Below are positions 37,811 through 47,463 of a stretch of DNA of 59,192 nt, in pieces. Numbering within the stretch: the first letter of the stretch is position 1; each line of letters begins with the position of its first letter. The stretch is from an uncultured Methanosarcinales archaeon (GTDB lineage Archaea; Nanobdellota; Nanobdellia; Woesearchaeales; SKGA01): contig CAYRYC010000002.1 in assembly GCA_964428445.1 (NCBI GenBank), forward strand, positions 1 through 59,192, given 5' to 3'. The notes under the pieces are model-generated. The model was not told the DNA's origin. It did no database searches and saw only the letters and a program-made list of their open reading frames with translations. Position numbers and translations under genes: made by a program.

Positions 37811-37920
37811 GCACTGAGAGGACTTACCATCTGCTTCGCAGTATGAACTTGCTTTTGTATTGATCCTATTGCTCATCTGCACTCGCAATTCAATACAAAG
37901 TTAATGCCTCAAGTCAGTGC
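37811..37920 (+). ncRNA. candidate structured RNA, copy 1 (three-helix fold; family unknown; strand tentative)
   Basis: Outer stem gcactga-gagg / cctc-aag-tcagtgc. Hairpin catctgc-ttc-gcag(t)atg. Long stem tttgtattga / tcaatacaaa enclosing tcct plus a hairpin. A TATA-like ttatataa lies about 30 nt upstream and ttttatt follows. Homologous to 41464-41570. Confidence 0.45.
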
Positions 37921-37922
37921 TT

Positions 37923-38591
37923 TTATTCTTCAAAATGAATAGTATCTTCATGGAATACGCCTTTCTTTAACTCAACAGGACGCCAAGTGTCAACAACTAA
38001 CTCTGCATTAAGCCAAGAAGCCAGTTCTTCAGGATTGCCTATTGTCGCAGAAAGTCCAATAATTTGAACATCTTTATTTTGAGAACGAAGAATAGTAAGA
38101 AGAATTTCTAATGTCGGACCTCTGGAAGAATCATTTAGTAAATGAATCTCATCAACAACCAAACATTTCACCATGGAAAGCCAAGGAGCATGATGACGAA
38201 TTAGAGAATCAAGTTTTTCACTTGTGGTAATAATTAAATCATATTCTGCGAGATATCTATCATCGCTATCCATATCACCACTAGTTAAAGTAACTTTAAA
38301 CTGAGGATATTTCTTTGAAAAAGATTTGTACTTTTCGCTAGCAAGAGCTCTTAGAGGAACAACATAGACAGCAATGGTTTTTTCTTTTTTAGAAAGCATG
38401 TTAATCATAGCCATTTCTCCAACAAGAGTTTTCCCTGATGCTGTTGGAGTACAAACAAGAAGATTCTTTTTATCAAATAAACCCGCAGACATGGCTTTTT
38501 CTTGAGCAGGTCGAAGAACAGCAATTCCTTGTTTATCTAATTCAGTATAAACTGGTGTTGGGAGAATTTTTTTAGCCTTTGAAAGATCCAT
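37923..38591 (-). CDS. Ski2/Hel308-like helicase, N-terminal RecA1 domain only (truncated or split gene, possible pseudogene)
   Basis: Walker A CTPTASGKT, DEIH box VVDEIHLL and SAT (GLSATIGN). The ORF stops after 222 aa, whereas Hel308 proteins are about three times longer. No C-terminal half lies nearby. Confidence 0.7.
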   Translation of the reverse strand: MDLSKAKKILPTPVYTELDKQGIAVLRPAQEKAMSAGLFDKKNLLVCTPTASGKTLVGEMAMINMLSKKEKTIAVYVVPLRALASEKYKSFSKKYPQFKVTLTSGDMDSDDRYLAEYDLIITTSEKLDSLIRHHAPWLSMVKCLVVDEIHLLNDSSRGPTLEILLTILRSQNKDVQIIGLSATIGNPEELASWLNAELVVDTWRPVELKKGVFHEDTIHFEE

Positions 38592-38597
38592 TCAAAA

Positions 38598-39119
38598 TCA
38601 GAGATCGTTAATCTTTTTATAGATTGCCTTTAGGTTATAATCATCAGCAATCATTTTATCCATACTCACAGAAATTTGATTAAGCTTATGAGTTAATTGA
38701 TCCAGAAGTTCTTGTTTGAATTCTTCTGCAGAAGGTCTTTGCTGAATTATATTAATAAATTCATCAATCTTTTCTGCAATAATAGAAATCTGATCTTTTT
38801 TATCCTTGAGAAAGGACTGATCTTTAATAGAGAAATAATTAGAATTTTGTAATTCTATGTTTATTATTTTATCTACATCAATCTCAATATCTTTTAGTTT
38901 GTGTCTTGCAGTAATAAGAAGCTGATACATTCTCTCCAAAGAAGATTCTTTTGAGTCAAGAGTTGTTTTACCAAGAGTTATTTTGAAATCCTTGATTTGC
39001 TTTTGCACTTGACCAATTATTCTTGACAACTCTTTATTAATCTCATCATCATTAATCTCAATATAATAAATTCGAGGACGTTTTTTAAAAAGTTTAGAAA
39101 ATAAACCCATTAGTTCCAC
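38598..39119 (-). CDS. hypothetical coiled-coil protein
   Basis: 173-aa ORF overlapping the upstream gene by 10 nt, suggesting an operon. Confidence 0.45.
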   Translation of the reverse strand: MELMGLFSKLFKKRPRIYYIEINDDEINKELSRIIGQVQKQIKDFKITLGKTTLDSKESSLERMYQLLITARHKLKDIEIDVDKIINIELQNSNYFSIKDQSFLKDKKDQISIIAEKIDEFINIIQQRPSAEEFKQELLDQLTHKLNQISVSMDKMIADDYNLKAIYKKINDL

Positions 39120-39766
39120 CCTTGTTCTTTTCTTTCTACATATTCTTCGTAGAGTTTTTCTTTATCTTTAGAACTCATATTTTTAACTCGTTGTCTATAA
39201 TCTCGGATTGATTTTTTATCATCGTGCATTCCTCTCTTTATTCCGCCCATATGCTTACGTCTTTCTAGTTGATGTTTAAAATCCTTATCCATTCTTCTAA
39301 TGCTTTTATCACTGAAACCCCATATCATTATGAGTAATGCGAAGAAGACAAATAAACCTATTGCAAATGCGTTGAGAGAAAGAAGATAATTGTATACTCT
39401 ATGATCGAAGAAACCGTATGCACTTACGACTAGAGCTAGTACTGTTGCAATGTTCTTTTGACCAAACATGTCTTTCAATACCTTTGTAAAAAGGAAATGA
39501 GTTATTGTGAATAACACTATAAATAATGCAATGATGGGAAGACCGTTAACAAGACCCTCGAAGAAACCATTTATGTCTCCATAGAAAATAGATTGAAATC
39601 CATTGATTAAACTTTCAATGTCAGAATTAACTTCATGTTCTGGAAAGTTTGTTGCTCCAGATCCTTTAACGAAGAATATAGCTCCAATAACAAAGATAGC
39701 GATGATTGCATAGAATAACCACTTGCCACCTTTCGGACTTCGTTCAAGTGTATCTTTTAACATCAT
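39110..39766 (-). CDS. membrane protein, paralogous membrane module to 39818..41365
   Basis: FYGDINGFFEGLVNGLPIIALFIVLFTITHFLF parallels FQGDLQGFVVGLLGALPVVAVFMLVFALMSFV in the neighbouring gene. Confidence 0.5.
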   Translation of the reverse strand: MMLKDTLERSPKGGKWLFYAIIAIFVIGAIFFVKGSGATNFPEHEVNSDIESLINGFQSIFYGDINGFFEGLVNGLPIIALFIVLFTITHFLFTKVLKDMFGQKNIATVLALVVSAYGFFDHRVYNYLLSLNAFAIGLFVFFALLIMIWGFSDKSIRRMDKDFKHQLERRKHMGGIKRGMHDDKKSIRDYRQRVKNMSSKDKEKLYEEYVERKEQGWN

Positions 39767-39817
39767 TGTTTAATTCTCCCCTCAAAAATAAAAGTAATAA
39801 CAAAAATGAATAAATTA

Positions 39818-41365
39818 TTAACCAAAAATCTTCTTGTGAAGAGTGGTGCCAGCATCATTAATCGCATCATGCGCCTCACTAGTATTTGCAGCTAACTGCT
39901 TCCAAAGGCCCTTTTCGCCTCCTAGAACTTTTTTATCAAGCTTTGCGAGTTTTTTATTAAAATCTATTTTGTGATTATTAAGATCTTCTATTTGATGCAT
40001 AATAGATTTAAGTTCCATTTCGTCTTTGTTTAAATGATCAAGATGCGCTTCTAGTTCATTAAGATGCCCCGTTGCTTTATCTATAACACCTAAAGTTAAA
40101 TCAGCAGATAATTGTTTTGTTAAAGTTAAAACTTCATTTTCATCCATAATAGTTTCTCTCGCAAGATTCTCTTCCTGCTTAATTAATTCCTGAAACTTAG
40201 CTTGGAATGGACCGATTTCTTCTCTTACGAAATGTTTCATTTCTTCCATGTATCTCCCTAATCTTGCGTCTACATGACCGCCCTCCTGAGCGATTTCTGC
40301 TTTATGAAAATGAATTTCTTTCTGTTTAGATAATTGATCTCTATAGTTCTTTTCCATATCTGCGATAGTTGTAGCTTCATCAGATTCAAACTTAAATCCT
40401 ACATATTCCCATTTCTTGATACTTTGCAATTCGCCCCATAATTTAGCAACATTTTGATGTTCTTTTTTTATAACACCTGCAAAAGGAGCCATTTTAGAAA
40501 CAAGTTGTCTCGTTACATCTGCTGAAGAAGCAAGAGCAGGATTACCTATTTTTGAAAGAGCCTCTCTCATTTGTCTGATCATTCTTCTAGCACTTTTAGT
40601 TTCAGACATTTCTTTATTAATAAGTTTTTCAGATGCTTTAATATCACTCTTTTCATTTTTGAGAGCTTTCTTTCCTAATTGAAGATCGTGTTTTTCTTTA
40701 TTAACATCTTTCTTAACAGCATAAAGATCTCTCTTTGCTTCATGTTTTCCTCTTTGATCTTGCATTGTATGTTTTCGTTGTTGAATCACAAACTGCGAGA
40801 TAAAGAATATAATTGCTAAAAAGAATATAACAGTAATTCCAGTTACACCAAAGAAACTGAATATGAATGTGAATGTTACAGGATAACCAACAGCAATAAG
40901 TGCAAAACCAATTGCTAACATACTTGAATGTTTGCTTCCTTCTTCAGCTCTGAAGATCGTGTGTTTTCCAACAAAACTCATTAATGCAAATACAAGCATG
41001 AATACTGCAACTACAGGAAGAGCGCCTAATAAACCAACAACGAATCCTTGCAAGTCACCTTGGAATAAAGCCCCAATACCAACCGCGAGTGCTCCAAGAG
41101 AACCCCATGCGGTTACTTCTAACGCATCGATATCTCTTTGCAACCAAGAAGAAGATGAACTAGAAGAACTAGAGGAACTACTTAAACTAGAAGCACCACC
41201 TTGAACAGCTCCAGAAAGAATTCCCTGGCCAACAAGATTAACATCATCAATTGGAACTTCATCAACTGCGAGAACACTAGAAAATACAAACATACTAGTA
41301 AGAAGGACAAGTACAAAGATAATGGAAAGTTTCTTCAGATTCATGAATAATAACCTCATACACAC
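39818..41365 (-). CDS. membrane protein with signal peptide, poly-Ser tract and long coiled-coil C-terminal domain
   Basis: MNLKKLSIIFVLVLL signal-like start (the true start may be the Met at about 41344), an S13 run, four hydrophobic spans, then coiled coil. Confidence 0.55.
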   Translation of the reverse strand: MCMRLLFMNLKKLSIIFVLVLLTSMFVFSSVLAVDEVPIDDVNLVGQGILSGAVQGGASSLSSSSSSSSSSSSWLQRDIDALEVTAWGSLGALAVGIGALFQGDLQGFVVGLLGALPVVAVFMLVFALMSFVGKHTIFRAEEGSKHSSMLAIGFALIAVGYPVTFTFIFSFFGVTGITVIFFLAIIFFISQFVIQQRKHTMQDQRGKHEAKRDLYAVKKDVNKEKHDLQLGKKALKNEKSDIKASEKLINKEMSETKSARRMIRQMREALSKIGNPALASSADVTRQLVSKMAPFAGVIKKEHQNVAKLWGELQSIKKWEYVGFKFESDEATTIADMEKNYRDQLSKQKEIHFHKAEIAQEGGHVDARLGRYMEEMKHFVREEIGPFQAKFQELIKQEENLARETIMDENEVLTLTKQLSADLTLGVIDKATGHLNELEAHLDHLNKDEMELKSIMHQIEDLNNHKIDFNKKLAKLDKKVLGGEKGLWKQLAANTSEAHDAINDAGTTLHKKIFG

Positions 41366-41463
41366 AATATAGAAATATCCAGAACGTTTTCACATATAAA
41401 TGTTTCCCTAACAAGAGTCAGAATAAGCCTAAAAAGGTCTCTAGAGACATTTTTATTTTTTAT

Positions 41464-41570
41464 GTCACACAGTTTACTAGCATCATCTGCTCTGCAGAAT
41501 GAATCTTAATATTGTTTTGATCCTCTAAGCTAAAGCTTAGTCAAAACAATTAATTTCACTGTAGAGCGAC
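41464..41570 (+). ncRNA. candidate structured RNA, copy 2 (same fold as 37811-37920)
   Basis: Outer stem gtcac-acagt / actgt-aga-gcgac. Hairpin catctgc-tct-gcag(a)atg. Long stem attgttttga / tcaaaacaat enclosing tcct plus hairpin ctaagct-aa-agcttag. Conserved blocks are catctgc..gcag.atgaa and ttgatcct. Confidence 0.45.
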
Positions 41571-41579
41571 ATCGTATCT

Positions 41580-43661
41580 TTATTTGAATGTTTTAATATG
41601 CTCAAGAATTCTTGTTTTTCCACGCCAATCTAGAATATGTTCAAGGACATCCACAATTGTATCTACAGGAATAATATTAATTTTCTTCAGTTTCTTATCA
41701 TCAATAACAATATCTTGAAGATTGGTTCGTGGAACAATGACGTTCTTAATGCCTGCGCCAATTGCAGCTTCAAGTTTTGCGGAAACTCCACCAACAGGCA
41801 AAGTATCTCCTCGAACACTAACACTACCAGTGATTGCAAAGTTTTGTCTGATAGGAATATTCTTCAGAGCACTTACGATTGCGGTTGCAACTGCAAGACT
41901 TGCACTGTCTCCTTCGACACCTTCATGTGTTTGTAAGAATTGAATGAAAATATCATGATCATCTTTAATGTCATCACCAAAGTATTTCTTAATAATAGCA
42001 CTAACATTGGTAATTGCTTCTTTAGCAATTTCTCCAAGTTTACCGGTTGCAAAAACTTTACCATGCTTAGAACCTTTTGTTACTTCAGATTCAATAGGTA
42101 AAATAATTCCTGAAAGAGAACTAGCATCTCCAAGTACAGCAAGACCATTAACTCTTCCAACACGTTTACCTTTTGTTACAATAACTTCATAATCTTTTTT
42201 ATGTTCAATATATCTATCAGCAATTTGCTGTTCAAGACCACGCGCAACTTGCTTTGCTCGTTCAAGATGAATTGGTTTTACAAGAGGCGCTTTTTCTTCT
42301 ATAGCTAAATCTCCTGCGCTTCGCACAAGACCACCAAGTTCTCTAAGTCGTAATGTTAATCGACCTTTTTTACTTGCTCGTCTTTTTGCTTCGTTAATAA
42401 TAAATTCTATTGAACTTTTTGAGAAATGAGGAATCTTACCGTCTTTAGTAACTTCCTGTGCAACAAATTGAGCTAGTTTAACTCTGTTCTCAGGAGTATC
42501 TTCCATGGTTTCTTTCATATAAATTTCATAACCATATCCTCGAATACGACTTCGAAGAGCAGGATGTAATCCTTTGATACTTTCTAAATTACCCGCAGCA
42601 ACCATAAGGAATCGGCAAGGAACAGGTTCTGTTCGAACCATAGCACCAGCACTTCTTTCAGACTGACCAGTAATTGCAAATTTACCTTCTTGAACTGCAG
42701 TTAGCAATTCCTGTTGGGTTGTAGGATGAAGTGTTGACAATTCGTCAATAAATAAAACACCCATGTGTGCTTTGTGAATCATACCACCAACTACACGTTC
42801 GTGGGCTGGAGTTCCAAGTCCACCGGACTGGAAAGGATCATGAAGAACATCACCAAGTAAAGCACCTGCGTGTGCACCAGTTGCGTCAAAAAAAGGAGCA
42901 AGTTCTTGCTCTGCGTTATCAACAACCATTTTTGGAGATTGAGTTTTTTTTCCACCCATCATTTTTTTACCCATGTTCATCATAAGAACAATAGCAACAA
43001 GGAAGGCCATGCCTCCTAGGAAAGTTGCTGCGAATAAAATGTTTGCAGCTACAGCTCCGTCACTTGCAAGATAATGAGATCTAATCCACCATGGTGAAAG
43101 AACTGCAACAACTGCTAGCACAAGGAAAAAAATATTTTGTCCCTTTGATGCACCAGAAGAACTCATCTTTGCTTTTGCAATTAATTCTCTACCTTGCTTT
43201 GCAGGAACTGTTCGAATGAGAGGTTTGTTCTCATCGTTAGGATTAGCAAATGAAACAATATCAACAAGTTTTTCTTTTGAAAGAAGTTCGGAAAGAGCAA
43301 GACCAATAAGAGATTTCCCAGTTCCAGGTTCTCCCACTAATAATACATGACGTCTTTGCATAGCAGCTTTTCTCATAATATTAACTGCGTGTTCTTGACC
43401 AATAACCTGATCAATAAGTTTTTTTGGAATATGAATATCTTTAGTTGATTTAACATTTCTAAGAGAATGAGGATTTTCTTCAATAACTTTTGGAACTACT
43501 TTTTTACTTACTTTCTTAGCGGACTTTTTAGCAGTTTTCTTTTTTATGGTCTGTTTGGACTTTGTCCGAACCGCGGAGGAAGCTTTTGCTTTCGACTGCG
43601 TCTTACTAGCTCGTTTAACAGATTTTTTGACAGATTTCTTCTTACTAGTCTTTCGCGGCAT
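41580..43661 (-). CDS. lon: archaeal membrane-bound Lon protease (LonB) with a Lys-rich N-terminal extension
   Basis: [11 protein letters not shown] Walker A, a TM insertion within the AAA module, and protease motif [16 protein letters not shown]...[10 protein letters not shown]. Confidence 0.9.
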   Translation of the reverse strand: MPRKTSKKKSVKKSVKRASKTQSKAKASSAVRTKSKQTIKKKTAKKSAKKVSKKVVPKVIEENPHSLRNVKSTKDIHIPKKLIDQVIGQEHAVNIMRKAAMQRRHVLLVGEPGTGKSLIGLALSELLSKEKLVDIVSFANPNDENKPLIRTVPAKQGRELIAKAKMSSSGASKGQNIFFLVLAVVAVLSPWWIRSHYLASDGAVAANILFAATFLGGMAFLVAIVLMMNMGKKMMGGKKTQSPKMVVDNAEQELAPFFDATGAHAGALLGDVLHDPFQSGGLGTPAHERVVGGMIHKAHMGVLFIDELSTLHPTTQQELLTAVQEGKFAITGQSERSAGAMVRTEPVPCRFLMVAAGNLESIKGLHPALRSRIRGYGYEIYMKETMEDTPENRVKLAQFVAQEVTKDGKIPHFSKSSIEFIINEAKRRASKKGRLTLRLRELGGLVRSAGDLAIEEKAPLVKPIHLERAKQVARGLEQQIADRYIEHKKDYEVIVTKGKRVGRVNGLAVLGDASSLSGIILPIESEVTKGSKHGKVFATGKLGEIAKEAITNVSAIIKKYFGDDIKDDHDIFIQFLQTHEGVEGDSASLAVATAIVSALKNIPIRQNFAITGSVSVRGDTLPVGGVSAKLEAAIGAGIKNVIVPRTNLQDIVIDDKKLKKINIIPVDTIVDVLEHILDWRGKTRILEHIKTFK

Positions 43662-43714
43662 GTTTTAACTGACATTTCAAAAGTTTATAAAGCTTACGTA
43701 GAAACAATTCAAGC

Positions 43715-44659
43715 TTAATTCTTTAAATAATCAAATAAAGAATTGTTCAGAAGAGCATTTTTGAAATCTCTGTGGCTTTTGAAATCAACAACTCCATCCA
43801 CTTTAGCATCGCGAAACCCGCACAAAGCACGACATGCCAGAATAGGCCTCATATCTTCAAAAAAAGTATCTTTTTCAGAAGAAGATAATTTATTGTAGAC
43901 CATATCTAAATAAGAATTTGCTAAACCAGGATTTGCAGCCACAGTCCACAATCTATGATAAAAATAACAAACATCATGATATTTATGATACTTGTTGCTA
44001 GCGTGTTCACCATCAATTAAAATAACTTTATTATTATCACCAATCATATGCCAAGGAACAAAGTCTCCATGATTCAAACCCATTTCATAGTCTAGAGAAA
44101 GTTTTTTTACTTCATCTAAAAGTAGATTTAAAGAATTATCGCCAAATTCATTAAACCAAAGATTCGATTTTAATAAATAATCATAACGAATACTTTTAAT
44201 TTCATTGTCTCGAATGAGAGATACTCCTTTAAGAGATTTAAAAAATATATTTATATCAGTAATTTTATCAAGCCATTTCGATAAGCCCTCAGTCGCAAGA
44301 GGATTTTTAGAAGCCAATAAATCACCTCCATAATATGTTGCGACATAGTAAAATTTATTTTGATATAATCCTGATTTAATAATTCTAGGAACTGAAAAAA
44401 AATTCACCTTGGAAGAACTAAAAACATCATGAAGAGCCTTATTCCAAGAGACTTCATTTTTAGTTCTCGTACCTATTTCTTCAGTTGATGCTAACTTGAA
44501 GAAAAAAACATCATCTCCTTTTTTTAATTTTCCATGAACATGACGCCATAACTGATTTATTTCAAGAACTTCATAATTTTGTTGAGAAAAAAATAGTTTC
44601 ACTTCATCTAGATCTAAAACTTCAGATTCTCGACAATTCTCTTTAGGTAACATAAACAT
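43715..44659 (-). CDS. APH/choline-kinase-fold phosphotransferase-like protein
   Basis: LNHGDFVPWHMI...VILIDGEHA matches the HGD..N / D.E catalytic pattern. Confidence 0.55.
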   Translation of the reverse strand: MFMLPKENCRESEVLDLDEVKLFFSQQNYEVLEINQLWRHVHGKLKKGDDVFFFKLASTEEIGTRTKNEVSWNKALHDVFSSSKVNFFSVPRIIKSGLYQNKFYYVATYYGGDLLASKNPLATEGLSKWLDKITDINIFFKSLKGVSLIRDNEIKSIRYDYLLKSNLWFNEFGDNSLNLLLDEVKKLSLDYEMGLNHGDFVPWHMIGDNNKVILIDGEHASNKYHKYHDVCYFYHRLWTVAANPGLANSYLDMVYNKLSSSEKDTFFEDMRPILACRALCGFRDAKVDGVVDFKSHRDFKNALLNNSLFDYLKN

Positions 44660-44696
44660 AAGAAAAGAAAGAAATCTTTTAAATTAATCGATAAAT

Positions 44697-45806
44697 CTAC
44701 TTGAAACGTTTTTTTAGATAAAGATAGAGAGCTACCCATATCATCCCTTCATCGGCACTATATACGGGACTTACAAAAGGTTTTCCATAGCGATCATAGA
44801 CTTCTAAAAAAGTTCCGTGTTCTTCAATAAGTCTTTTGAACTGATCCAAATGTTTTTTTGCAGCTAGTTCATCAATGTCACCAAGAATATCAATGTAAGG
44901 AAGACCACTCATCGGCCAAATAGCATCGGCTTCCCAATTAGAAACTAATTTTTCTGCAAGAATAGTTTTTCCTTTTTGTTTTTTATGGGAAACATATTTT
45001 ATTGGAAAGGGTTTTTCCAAGTTAGCTTCTTTTATAGAAATTATTGATTCCAATAACATTTTCTCGTTGTCAATTATTCCTAACCAGAAAGGAAATATGT
45101 TTGCATCCGCAGAAAGAATATGAGATGATCTGTCATCACGAAAATAACGATCAAGCCAATAATTTTTTATTAGATGTGTTTCGAAATCATGATGATCAAG
45201 AGGATTATTTAGTTCCAAAAAATTTGCTTCTCGAGAAATTACAGCAGCCATAACCGTATCATAACAAGAACTATCTCTTTTACTGTGGTCACGCATACCA
45301 CCGAAATGAACATGACGTTTTACTTCGCCGGAAATTTTATGAATTGCTTTGTTATAAAATGTATCAAGTTCTGATTGTAAAAAAGATTTATATTTTTCTG
45401 TAAGTTTTTTGTCATCGACAATTCCAATTGCTCTAAACATATATGCAACTGAATCAATAGAATAAACATTTGGAAAATTAATTGCTTTATCGTTTACATT
45501 GATTAATGTTTTAATTCCACCTTGTTTTTCATAAATGCCTAAAGCATAGTCAAGTGTTGAAATAACTTCTTTTCTATAACCTAGTTCAAGAAGAGGAATA
45601 ATCATCATTCCAAAATCTCTTGCATAGAAACCAGGATAATGACCTAGACTAGTTTTGAAATAAGTTCCGTTGAAAAGTTTATCAAGAATTTGTTGGCAAA
45701 TTTGAACATCGTTACCTTTGAAACGTTGAAAGTTTTTCCCTCGAACTTTCATATGTCTAGAAAACATTCGACGTCCTTCTCTAATATGATCCCAAGTATA
45801 TACCAC
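44697..45806 (-). CDS. hypothetical enzyme, possibly (alpha/alpha)6 glycosidase-like
   Basis: FYARDFGMMIIPLLELGYRKEV resembles GDE/GH15-like barrel motifs. This is a weak call. Confidence 0.3.
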   Translation of the reverse strand: MVYTWDHIREGRRMFSRHMKVRGKNFQRFKGNDVQICQQILDKLFNGTYFKTSLGHYPGFYARDFGMMIIPLLELGYRKEVISTLDYALGIYEKQGGIKTLINVNDKAINFPNVYSIDSVAYMFRAIGIVDDKKLTEKYKSFLQSELDTFYNKAIHKISGEVKRHVHFGGMRDHSKRDSSCYDTVMAAVISREANFLELNNPLDHHDFETHLIKNYWLDRYFRDDRSSHILSADANIFPFWLGIIDNEKMLLESIISIKEANLEKPFPIKYVSHKKQKGKTILAEKLVSNWEADAIWPMSGLPYIDILGDIDELAAKKHLDQFKRLIEEHGTFLEVYDRYGKPFVSPVYSADEGMIWVALYLYLKKRFK

Positions 45807-45823
45807 AATCTCACCATGTTTAA

Positions 45824-46603
45824 CTAGCCAATATAATTTGTATCTTTTGTAAGCTTTTGTTTTCGAACTCTTTTCTTAGTTGCAGACATATCAGTTGTTT
45901 CTTGTTCACCAAGTTCTTCTTCAATTAAATCTATTTCATCATCTAATTCTTTAAAGTTAATTTTCAAATTAAATTTTTTATTAAGAACATCAAGCATTAA
46001 TCTAGATTCTTTTATTCCAATATACATAGGATGACCAAAAGTCTCTCCTAATAATGATACTGCAGGAATTTGATGATTTTGTGAAAGTCCTAATAATAAT
46101 CCTGATACTCCAACTATAGGTCCTACAATACCAAAGATTTCATTACTAACACCAAATTGTTTAAATTCTTTTGCGAATTTTTTATCATTACCTGCAATAA
46201 AAATTTGAGGATCTGTTGGTTGTTCAGGAAGACCAATTCCTCCAAGAGCAATAATGTTTTTACAATCAAATCCTTTTGCAATAGAAAGAAGTTCGTTTGT
46301 TAATTCGTAGCTTGCTCTTTCTTGAGAAGGTTGAGCATCACCTGCGAGTAAAAGAAAATCTTGACCGTTTCTATTCATGTGATATAATTCAATTGATGGA
46401 AGTTGAACTGAACCATCTTCAGTTACAAAAACACTGTTAGGTAAATCATAACTAAAAAAAGAACCAACTTTTTGAGCCCCTAAAATATCAATCATATAGT
46501 CGACAACTAACTTACCAACATTACCAATGCCAGGTAAACCTTCGATTAGGACAGGATTCGTACAACTAAATCCTTTTTTAATATTTGACTTCCAAGACCC
46601 CAT
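45824..46603 (-). CDS. PAC2-family proteasome assembly chaperone-like protein (second paralog)
   Basis: LIEGLPGIGNVGKLVVDYMI N-terminal motif, with an acidic/basic tail. Confidence 0.7.
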   Translation of the reverse strand: MGSWKSNIKKGFSCTNPVLIEGLPGIGNVGKLVVDYMIDILGAQKVGSFFSYDLPNSVFVTEDGSVQLPSIELYHMNRNGQDFLLLAGDAQPSQERASYELTNELLSIAKGFDCKNIIALGGIGLPEQPTDPQIFIAGNDKKFAKEFKQFGVSNEIFGIVGPIVGVSGLLLGLSQNHQIPAVSLLGETFGHPMYIGIKESRLMLDVLNKKFNLKINFKELDDEIDLIEEELGEQETTDMSATKKRVRKQKLTKDTNYIG

Positions 46604-46733
46604 AAAATACAGAACGGAAGCTTAGTTAATAAAGATTTCTGTGGTGAAGACGGAAGGACTACGGAAGTGTGAAGACATATGAAGAAAAACACTAAGAAAA
46701 ATTTATCATCAAGCAGAAGTTTCAATCAAAAAA

Positions 46734-47219
46734 TTATTTTTTATGTTTAGCAATAATTTCGCCCAATAATTCTTGTAAATTAGGTGAAGAATAAACTTTG
46801 TTAATATACGCACCATAATGAACATTTTTCTCATAAGAAAATGGTTTTTCATTAAGTTGTTGTTCAATGGAGAGAGAATAAAGTATTACAGGAAATTCTG
46901 AAATTTGTTTAGTAATAAAATTTTTTACTAATTGATGTGTTCCTGAACGACGATAATCTAAAAAAAAAGGATCAACAAGAATGGCTTGATAATTAGATTG
47001 CTTTTCAGAAAATATTTCATCAATATCAAGCACATCATCAATGTTAAATAAATTAGCTAAGTATGGCATTTCTGAAGAAGAGGTCGGATTTACAATAGAC
47101 AAATTAACAGCAGTATCAATATCAATCAGAAAAATATTAATCTCGTTAGATTCCTTTTTATCCGGATTAAAATGTTCTTCGCCTATACTATCAGATCCCA
47201 TAAAAAGAGCAAAATGCAT
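46734..47219 (-). CDS. hypothetical protein
   Basis: 161-aa ORF with no recognised motif. Confidence 0.4.
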   Translation of the reverse strand: MHFALFMGSDSIGEEHFNPDKKESNEINIFLIDIDTAVNLSIVNPTSSSEMPYLANLFNIDDVLDIDEIFSEKQSNYQAILVDPFFLDYRRSGTHQLVKNFITKQISEFPVILYSLSIEQQLNEKPFSYEKNVHYGAYINKVYSSPNLQELLGEIIAKHKK

Positions 47220-47234
47220 TGTAGTTTAAAAAGT

Positions 47235-47396
47235 TTATTCTTCCTGTTTCTTTGCCTTACGTCGATACTCAGCGTATTTATCTTCAGGAGAATACTTAGG
47301 AGGTTTTGGAAAGATAGTTGTCTTGCCACACTTAGGACATTTCTGATCCATTGTGTATTCTTTGCATTCGGAACAAATTAGAATTGATTTTGCCAT
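47235..47396 (-). CDS. nop10: H/ACA RNP protein Nop10
   Basis: Below the track cutoff. Translation: MAKSILICSECKEYTMDQKCPKCGKTTIFPKPPKYSPEDKYAEYRRKAKKQEE. It has a Zn ribbon plus the PP.YSPEDKY..YRR signature, and the conserved position next to aIF2-alpha. Confidence 0.85.
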   Translation of the reverse strand: MAKSILICSECKEYTMDQKCPKCGKTTIFPKPPKYSPEDKYAEYRRKAKKQEE

Positions 47397-47463
47397 TTTC
47401 TCATTTCACTCCAAAATCGCAAACCAGCGAAATAGTATTTCTCAGTTTTACCACTATAATCAC

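Noticed and set aside
37811-37920. The structured elements as 5S rRNA, tRNA-like or H/ACA RNAs
   Set aside because: The size and three-helix layout recall 5S rRNA. However, the conserved 5S loop sequences, the tRNA T-loop (GTTCRANYC) and a consistently placed 3' ACA box are all absent. The family is left as unknown.
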